Below are positions 57,129 through 64,000 of a stretch of DNA of 64,000 nt, piece after piece. Numbering within the stretch: the stretch's first letter is position 1; every line of letters begins with the position of its first letter. A program made the position numbers and the translations under genes. The stretch lies in the NCBI GenBank assembly GCA_902582345.1, contig CACHRU010000004.1, forward strand, positions 527 through 64,526, read 5' to 3'. This DNA comes from an uncultured Pelagibacteraceae bacterium. GTDB lineage: Bacteria > Pseudomonadota > Alphaproteobacteria > Pelagibacterales > Pelagibacteraceae. A model generated the notes under the pieces. The model was not told where the DNA came from, made no database searches, and saw only the letters and a program-made list of their open reading frames with translations.

Positions 57129-60005
57129 ATGTTGAAAAAAATCGTTATAAAAGGCGCTAAAGAGCATAACCTAAAAAATGTTTCTTTAGAAATACCTAAG
57201 GAAAAGTTAATAGTGATAACTGGCCTGTCAGGTTCTGGTAAATCGTCTTTAGCTTTCGATACGATTTATGCAGAAGGTCAAAGAAGATATGTTGAAAGTT
57301 TATCAGCATATGCTCGTCAATTTTTGGATAAAATGAAAAAACCAAATGTTGAATTCATTGAGGGTTTAAGTCCAGCTATTTCGATTGAACAAAAAAATAC
57401 CTCAAAAAATCCAAGGTCTACTGTAGCTACAGTTACAGAAATATATGACTATATGAGAGTTCTGTATGCAAGAATTGGTACTCCCTACTCTCCATTTACT
57501 GGAAAACCTATTGTGTCACAGTCTGTTTCGGATATGGTAACTAAAATTAAAGATCTACCAAAAAATAGCACAATATTTCTCTTATCACCAATTGTAAGAG
57601 GTAGAAAGGGTGAATACAAAAAAGAAATCTTAAATTATAAGAAAAGAGGATTTTCAAAAATAAAAGTTGATGGCAAATATTTAAACATTGATGATTTTCC
57701 TAATTTAAACAAAAAAGTTAAACACGATATTTCAATAATTGTAGATAGAATTGTAATCAACTCAAGTATAGGAAATAGATTAGCAGATAGTGTTGAAACT
57801 GCATTAAATTTATCAAATGGGCTTTTAATTGTAGAGTATGAAAATGAGACTTTACCAAAAAAATTTAGAAAAAAAGAGTCAATTACTTTTTCCTCTAAAT
57901 TCTCTTGTCCTGAAAGTGGTTTTACCATAGAGGAGATAGAACCTAGGCTTTTTTCATTCAATTCTCCATATGGAGCTTGTGAAGAATGCGAAGGTATAGG
58001 TCACAATTTAAATGTAGATCCTAATTTAGTGGTACCTAATACAAAATTAAGTTTACAAGAAGGCGCGATATCTCCTTGGTCAAAATCAACATCTTTATAT
58101 TATGCACAGACATTGTCATCTTTATCGAAACATTATAAATTTTCTATGCAACAACCATGGAAAAAACTTTCAAAAAAAATTCAAGATATAATATTATATG
58201 GTTCTGATGAAGATGAAATCAAATTTCATTACGATGATGGTTATGAAAAATATTCAACAACCAAATCTTTTGAAGGTGTAATTAATAATTTAGAAAGAAG
58301 ATTTCTTGAGACTGATAGTGAGTGGAAAAGAGAAGAAATCGCGCAATATCAAAGCGAGTCAAATTGTGAAAAATGTGAAGGGTTTCGTTTAAAAGAAGAA
58401 GCGCTTTGTGTAAAAATTGATAAGTTAAGTATAAGTGAAATTACAAAAAAATCAATTGATGATGCTAAAAATTGGTTTGATAACTTACCGAATAGACTAA
58501 CCGAGCGAGAAAATAAAATAGCTCAACATATTTTAAAAGAAATCAAGGAAAGATTAAACTTTTTAATAAATGTTGGATTAAATTATTTAACTCTTTCTAG
58601 AGAGTCTGGAACGTTATCAGGTGGAGAGTCACAAAGAATTAGATTAGCTTCACAAATAGGATCAGGTTTAACAGGTGTATTATATGTATTAGACGAACCG
58701 TCTATAGGCTTGCATCAAAGAGATAATAAAAAATTAATAAATGCATTAAAAAAACTCAGAGATCTTGGAAATACAGTTATTGTTGTTGAACATGATATAG
58801 AAACAATGGAAAATTCTGATCATATAATTGATATTGGACCTGAAGCTGGAATTAATGGCGGAAAAATTATAGCTGAGGGTGATGTAAAAAATATTTCTTT
58901 AAACAAAGAAAGTATTACTGGAGATTATCTTTCAGGTAGAAAATTTATATCATTGCCAAAGAAAAGACGTATAGCAAAAAATGGAAAATATGTAGAAATT
59001 AATGGAGCTACAGGTAACAATTTAAAAAACGTAAATTTAAAAATCCCTACAGGAACACTTACATGTGTTACGGGTGTTTCCGGTAGTGGAAAATCCACTT
59101 TGGTTCTTCACACTTTATATAACGCTTTAAACTTGATGCTTAATAATAACAAGTCAAGAAAAATACCTAAACCGTTTAAAGGTTTTAAAGGAACGGAAGC
59201 TATAGATAAGATAATTAATATAGATCAATCGCCAATAGGAAGAACTCCAAGATCGAATCCAGCTACATACACAGGGGCATTTGGTCCAATAAGAGAATGG
59301 TTTGCATCTTTGCCCGAGTCTAAAGCCAGAGGATACAAAGTTGGCAGATACTCTTTTAATGTAAGAGGTGGAAGATGTGAAACTTGTGAAGGCGATGGTG
59401 TTATAACCTATGAAATGCATTTTTTGCCTGATGTTTTTATCCCTTGTGACTCTTGCAAAGGAGCAAGATACAACAAAGAAACTTTAGAAATAAAATTTAA
59501 AAATAAAAATATTGCTGATGTTTTAGATATGACTATCGATGAAGGTTGCATTTTTTTTGAGAATATTCAAACGATTAGATCAAAACTAATTACATTAAAA
59601 CATGTTGGATTAGGCTATATGAAAATTGGGCAACAAGCCACAACGTTATCAGGTGGCGAAGCCCAAAGAATAAAACTTGCTAAAGAGCTCTCGAAAAGAC
59701 CTACTGGTAAAACGATGTATATATTAGATGAGCCTACAACTGGTTTACATTCACATGATATAAAAAAACTTTTAGAAATTTTGCAAGCTTTTGCTCAAAC
59801 AGGTAATACAGTTGTGGTTATTGAACACAATTTAGATGTAATTAAAACGGCAGACCATATAATTGATATGGGACCTGAGGGAGGTATTAATGGTGGAAAT
59901 GTGCTGGCTGAAGGACCTCCAGAGAGAATAGCAGAAAAGGACTGTTATACTGGTAAATTTTTAAAAGAAATTCTTCATAATTCTAATATGAAAAAAACTG
60001 CCTAA
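57129..60005 (+). CDS. uvrA: excinuclease ABC subunit A
   Basis: Two ABC ATPase modules ([21 protein letters not shown]) and Zn fingers. Confidence 0.97.
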   Translation: MLKKIVIKGAKEHNLKNVSLEIPKEKLIVITGLSGSGKSSLAFDTIYAEGQRRYVESLSAYARQFLDKMKKPNVEFIEGLSPAISIEQKNTSKNPRSTVATVTEIYDYMRVLYARIGTPYSPFTGKPIVSQSVSDMVTKIKDLPKNSTIFLLSPIVRGRKGEYKKEILNYKKRGFSKIKVDGKYLNIDDFPNLNKKVKHDISIIVDRIVINSSIGNRLADSVETALNLSNGLLIVEYENETLPKKFRKKESITFSSKFSCPESGFTIEEIEPRLFSFNSPYGACEECEGIGHNLNVDPNLVVPNTKLSLQEGAISPWSKSTSLYYAQTLSSLSKHYKFSMQQPWKKLSKKIQDIILYGSDEDEIKFHYDDGYEKYSTTKSFEGVINNLERRFLETDSEWKREEIAQYQSESNCEKCEGFRLKEEALCVKIDKLSISEITKKSIDDAKNWFDNLPNRLTERENKIAQHILKEIKERLNFLINVGLNYLTLSRESGTLSGGESQRIRLASQIGSGLTGVLYVLDEPSIGLHQRDNKKLINALKKLRDLGNTVIVVEHDIETMENSDHIIDIGPEAGINGGKIIAEGDVKNISLNKESITGDYLSGRKFISLPKKRRIAKNGKYVEINGATGNNLKNVNLKIPTGTLTCVTGVSGSGKSTLVLHTLYNALNLMLNNNKSRKIPKPFKGFKGTEAIDKIINIDQSPIGRTPRSNPATYTGAFGPIREWFASLPESKARGYKVGRYSFNVRGGRCETCEGDGVITYEMHFLPDVFIPCDSCKGARYNKETLEIKFKNKNIADVLDMTIDEGCIFFENIQTIRSKLITLKHVGLGYMKIGQQATTLSGGEAQRIKLAKELSKRPTGKTMYILDEPTTGLHSHDIKKLLEILQAFAQTGNTVVVIEHNLDVIKTADHIIDMGPEGGINGGNVLAEGPPERIAEKDCYTGKFLKEILHNSNMKKTA

Positions 60006-60032
60006 ATTACATTTATTGTGTTATAATAATTT

Positions 60033-60635
60033 ATGGTTAATATCTTACAATCTTTATCTAGAACAGTACATTTATCTTTAGTTTTAGCGATACTATTATT
60101 TCTTGGATTGTATCTTGGTTCAGATGGATTTGCATTTGATAGATACTTCTTTAGCTGGTTTTTTAGATATTTACACGTTTTAGCAGGTGTAATGTGGATT
60201 GGTTTGTTGTGGTATTTAAACTTTGTCCAGATACCAAGTATGCCAAAAATTTCAGATGATCAAAAACCTGCAATAACTAAAGTCATAGCGCCAGCAGTTC
60301 TTTTTTGGTTCAGATGGGCAGCATTCGCAACAATTATCACTGGTTTAATTGTTGCTTATTTAAATGGGTATTTACATCAATCAATGACACTTGGGATTGG
60401 AAGTGGTGGTGGTAAAAACACTGCTATAGGAATTGGAATGTGGTTAGGTATTATCATGGCTTATAATGTGTGGTTTATAATTTGGCCTAATCAAAAAAAA
60501 GCTCTTGGGATTGTGGAAAGTTCACCTGAAGAAAAACCGATTGCTGCAAAAAAAGCAATGTTGACATCTAGAATAAATACTCTCCTTTCATTGCCAATGT
60601 TGTTAACAATGGTAGCGGCACAGAATTTGTACTAA
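60033..60635 (+). CDS. urate hydroxylase PuuD-like membrane protein
   Basis: HVLAGVMWIG...Y.NF, WFRWAA, NVWFIIWPNQKK, SRINT. Confidence 0.65.
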   Translation: MVNILQSLSRTVHLSLVLAILLFLGLYLGSDGFAFDRYFFSWFFRYLHVLAGVMWIGLLWYLNFVQIPSMPKISDDQKPAITKVIAPAVLFWFRWAAFATIITGLIVAYLNGYLHQSMTLGIGSGGGKNTAIGIGMWLGIIMAYNVWFIIWPNQKKALGIVESSPEEKPIAAKKAMLTSRINTLLSLPMLLTMVAAQNLY

Positions 60636-60643
60636 TAATTACT

Positions 60644-61555
60644 TTAATTAACTTTATTTTCATCATCTTTTTCCAAAGTCTTAAAAGAAACTTTTAATAA
60701 CTTCAAAACAGGTGAGGCAACAAACATTGATGAATAAGTGCCAATTATTACACCTAAAATCATCGCAAAAGAAAAGCCTCTCAATATTTCACCACCGAGA
60801 ACATAAATAGATAATAATGCAAGCAAAGTTGTAATTGATGTAATAATTGTCCTCGATAAAGTTTCATTAATAGAAATATTTGCAATCTCACTTATGTGAA
60901 TATTATTAAACTTAAATAAATTTTCTCTTATCCTGTCATATATAACAACAGTATCATTCATGGAATAACCAACAATGGTTAAAACTGCAGCTATAATAGA
61001 TAAATTTATCTCAAAGGATAACAAAGAAAAAATACCAATAGTTATTATTACGTCATGAAATAAAGCTAATATAGAACCTAAACTAAATTGCCATTCAAAT
61101 CTTATCCAAATATAAAAGAGCATTGCAGCAAGTGATAATGAAATAGCGATAATTCCATTTTTAAGGAGTTCCTGACTTACTTTTGGCCCAACATTTTCAA
61201 CTCTTCGAAAATCTATTTCAGTATTAAGACTTTGTTGTAAATTAGTTTTAATCTTTTCACTAACCTCTTTATTATCGTTAAATTTTTCCTCTACCTTTAT
61301 TAAGAAATCTCCTTTTTTTCCAAATTCTTTGACACTCACATCTCCTAATTTCATTAAATTTAATGAAGATCTAATTTCGGAGATGTTTATATCTTTTTTT
61401 TCAGATCTTAGCTCAATCAATGTTCCGCCTTTAAAATCTATACCATAATTTAACCCCTTAAAAATTATAATTAAAAAACTAAGAATGATTAATATAATTG
61501 ACAAGAGATTTGCTTTAGAAAAATAAGAAGCAAAATTAATTTTCTGGTGAATCAT
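60644..61555 (-). CDS. secF: protein translocase subunit SecF
   Basis: GIDFKGG, VGPKVS, GYSMNDTVVIYDRIREN. Confidence 0.96.
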   Translation of the reverse strand: MIHQKINFASYFSKANLLSIILIILSFLIIIFKGLNYGIDFKGGTLIELRSEKKDINISEIRSSLNLMKLGDVSVKEFGKKGDFLIKVEEKFNDNKEVSEKIKTNLQQSLNTEIDFRRVENVGPKVSQELLKNGIIAISLSLAAMLFYIWIRFEWQFSLGSILALFHDVIITIGIFSLLSFEINLSIIAAVLTIVGYSMNDTVVIYDRIRENLFKFNNIHISEIANISINETLSRTIITSITTLLALLSIYVLGGEILRGFSFAMILGVIIGTYSSMFVASPVLKLLKVSFKTLEKDDENKVN

Positions 61556-63093
61556 AGATTAATATTTCCTTTCTTATTTAAAACAATTATTGAAGTTATA
61601 TGTCGAGCTATAAAATATGCAGAAAATAATGTCGTTAAGATTCCAAGTCCCAATGTAACAGCAAAACCTTTCACGGGTCCTGAGCCAAAAGCAAATAATA
61701 TTAATGCAGCTATTAATGTTGTAACATTTGCATCTAAAACTGTGATTTTGGCTTTTTTGTATCCAATATCAAATGCATGAATAATTGATTTTTCAGTTTT
61801 TAGTTCTTCCTTAATTCTCTCAAAAATTAAAACATTAGCATCTACAGCCATTCCTACAGTCAGAATAATACCCGCTATACCTGGAAGTGTAAGTGTAGCC
61901 TCAAGTAAAGTTAAAATTCCAATAAGCATAAGAAGATTAAATATTAATGATAAATTTGCTACAAAACCGAAAATTCTATATTTATATATCATAAACGTAA
62001 TCACTAACAGGAAACCAACTAATAAAGAAAGTGAACCAGATTTGATTGAGTCTTTTCCTAAATCAGGTCCAACTGTTCTTTCCTCAACTGTATTTAAACT
62101 TGTTGGCAAAGCTCCTGATCTAAGCAATAAAGCTAAGTCTGTAGCTTCTTGAAATGTAAAATCTCCTGTAATATTTCCATTTCCTGCAGTTATTGGTTCT
62201 CTTATTGATGGAGCACTAATTATTTTTTCGTCCAAAACTATTGCTAATCTTTTTCCTACATTGTCTGTGGTTGCCCTTCCAAATTTTTGAGATCCTAATC
62301 TATCAAGAGTAAATGTAACTGTTGGGGTGTTTGATTGATTGTCAAGTCGCGGTTGAGCGTCAATTAAATTTTCGCCACTCATTACAATTTTCTTGCTTAC
62401 TTTTAGTTCTTCACCAGTGTCAGATATTAATTTATCATATCCAAATTCATTGTTATCGTCTGATACAAGCCTAAAATCCAGTTTAGCAGTTTTTCCAATT
62501 AGTTTTTTAATTCTGTTAGGATCTTTAACTCCTGGTAATTCAACAAGAATTCTTTTTTCACCTCTTTGTAATATTGTTGGCTCTTTAGTTCCAACGTCAT
62601 CTATTCTTCTTCTAATAATTTCAATTGATTGATTTATTGCTGAATTATTAATCAACAAAAGCCCTGATTTAGAAAAAGAAATTTCAACTAAATTATTATT
62701 TATAAATATATCTAATTCATTTTTATTAAACTTTTGTATGAAAGGATTTAGGTCATTATCTTTTTTTGATAAAAATATATTCTTAAATTTTTTAGTATCT
62801 TGAGTTTTAAAAAAAATTTTTTTTTCTTCAATAAAAAAATCTTTAAATTTAATATTATTTTCTTTCAAACTTTTTTTTATAGGGATAATTTTATCTTGAA
62901 GTCTATCTTTGATAAGTGGATCAGTATCAATTTCGAGTAACAAATATGAACCACCTTGCAGATCTAGACCAAGATTGACTTTTTTATTAATTAATTTTTG
63001 ATCATCTGATTGAAAATTCAAAAAAGAAAATGAAGCTAAAAAAAGAAAAATTATGTAAACAAAAAAAGTTTGAAATTTTGTAAAATTTAACAC
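61552..63093 (-). CDS. secD: protein translocase subunit SecD
   Basis: LGLDLQGG, LRSGALP, GMAVDANVLIFERIKEE; GTG start. Confidence 0.96.
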   Translation of the reverse strand: MLNFTKFQTFFVYIIFLFLASFSFLNFQSDDQKLINKKVNLGLDLQGGSYLLLEIDTDPLIKDRLQDKIIPIKKSLKENNIKFKDFFIEEKKIFFKTQDTKKFKNIFLSKKDNDLNPFIQKFNKNELDIFINNNLVEISFSKSGLLLINNSAINQSIEIIRRRIDDVGTKEPTILQRGEKRILVELPGVKDPNRIKKLIGKTAKLDFRLVSDDNNEFGYDKLISDTGEELKVSKKIVMSGENLIDAQPRLDNQSNTPTVTFTLDRLGSQKFGRATTDNVGKRLAIVLDEKIISAPSIREPITAGNGNITGDFTFQEATDLALLLRSGALPTSLNTVEERTVGPDLGKDSIKSGSLSLLVGFLLVITFMIYKYRIFGFVANLSLIFNLLMLIGILTLLEATLTLPGIAGIILTVGMAVDANVLIFERIKEELKTEKSIIHAFDIGYKKAKITVLDANVTTLIAALILFAFGSGPVKGFAVTLGLGILTTLFSAYFIARHITSIIVLNKKGNINL

Positions 63094-63102
63094 GAAAAAG
63101 TT

Positions 63103-63384
63103 TTATTTTTTAACTTCTTTTTGTAAAAGACTTGTAATAGTAGATTTTATAACTTGTACTTTGACATTATCGGCAACATTTACCTCGATACGATCATCCT
63201 CCATTACTTTCTCAACTGTTCCAATTATGCCTCCTGATGTAATTACTTCATCCCCCCTTTTTAATGATTGAACCATAGCTTTGTGTTCTTTGACTCTTTT
63301 CTGTTGAGGTCTTATAAGAAAAAAATAAAAGATTACAAAGATTAATATTAGTGGAATAAATTGTGCAAAACCAGAACCGTTCAT
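63103..63384 (-). CDS. yajC: preprotein translocase subunit YajC
   Basis: FYFFLIRPQQK, GDEVITSGG. Confidence 0.95.
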   Translation of the reverse strand: MNGSGFAQFIPLILIFVIFYFFLIRPQQKRVKEHKAMVQSLKRGDEVITSGGIIGTVEKVMEDDRIEVNVADNVKVQVIKSTITSLLQKEVKK

Positions 63385-63434
63385 AATTTATAAATAATTA
63401 TAATAAAAGAGTTATTTTAACAAGCTAATAATAT

Positions 63435-64000
<566 letters not shown>

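Overview
A very AT-rich, densely packed bacterial chromosome segment. Gene content, order and streamlining point to a SAR11/Pelagibacterales-like alphaproteobacterium (inference). The core backbone is hom-glpX-recJ-tRNA-Glu ... recG/sdhE/tRNA-Ser, mltB-rlpA-dac-tmk-holB-metG-tatD, nhaA, kdsB, tRNA-Pro, a DMSP-demethylation-type operon (hydroxyacyl-CoA DH-dmdC-dmdB-hydrolase-dmdA), then tRNA-Lys, tgt, ppi, coaD, gyrA, ssb/uvrA, secF-secD-yajC and serS. Five features stand out. (1) A tandem array of two integrase-less mini-cassettes behind tRNA-Glu. Each ends in an exact 32-bp copy of the tRNA 3' end, is bracketed by its own 11-bp-period arm-like repeats, and carries almost only small exported proteins. 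(2) A Cre-like tyrosine recombinase with a lox-like inverted repeat just before its start codon, where gene orientation converges (possible terminus dimer-resolution system). (3) An adjacent ~380-bp non-coding region with a duplicated 53-bp module and nested complementarity. (4) An inositol-catabolism cluster with iolG/iolE/iolD and an ABC transporter but no iolB/iolC, next to an atypical ROK kinase, an HpcH aldolase, an FAH-family enzyme and an ALDH. (5) A DmdA homolog with several changed active-site positions. No CRISPR array, rRNA or IS element was seen.
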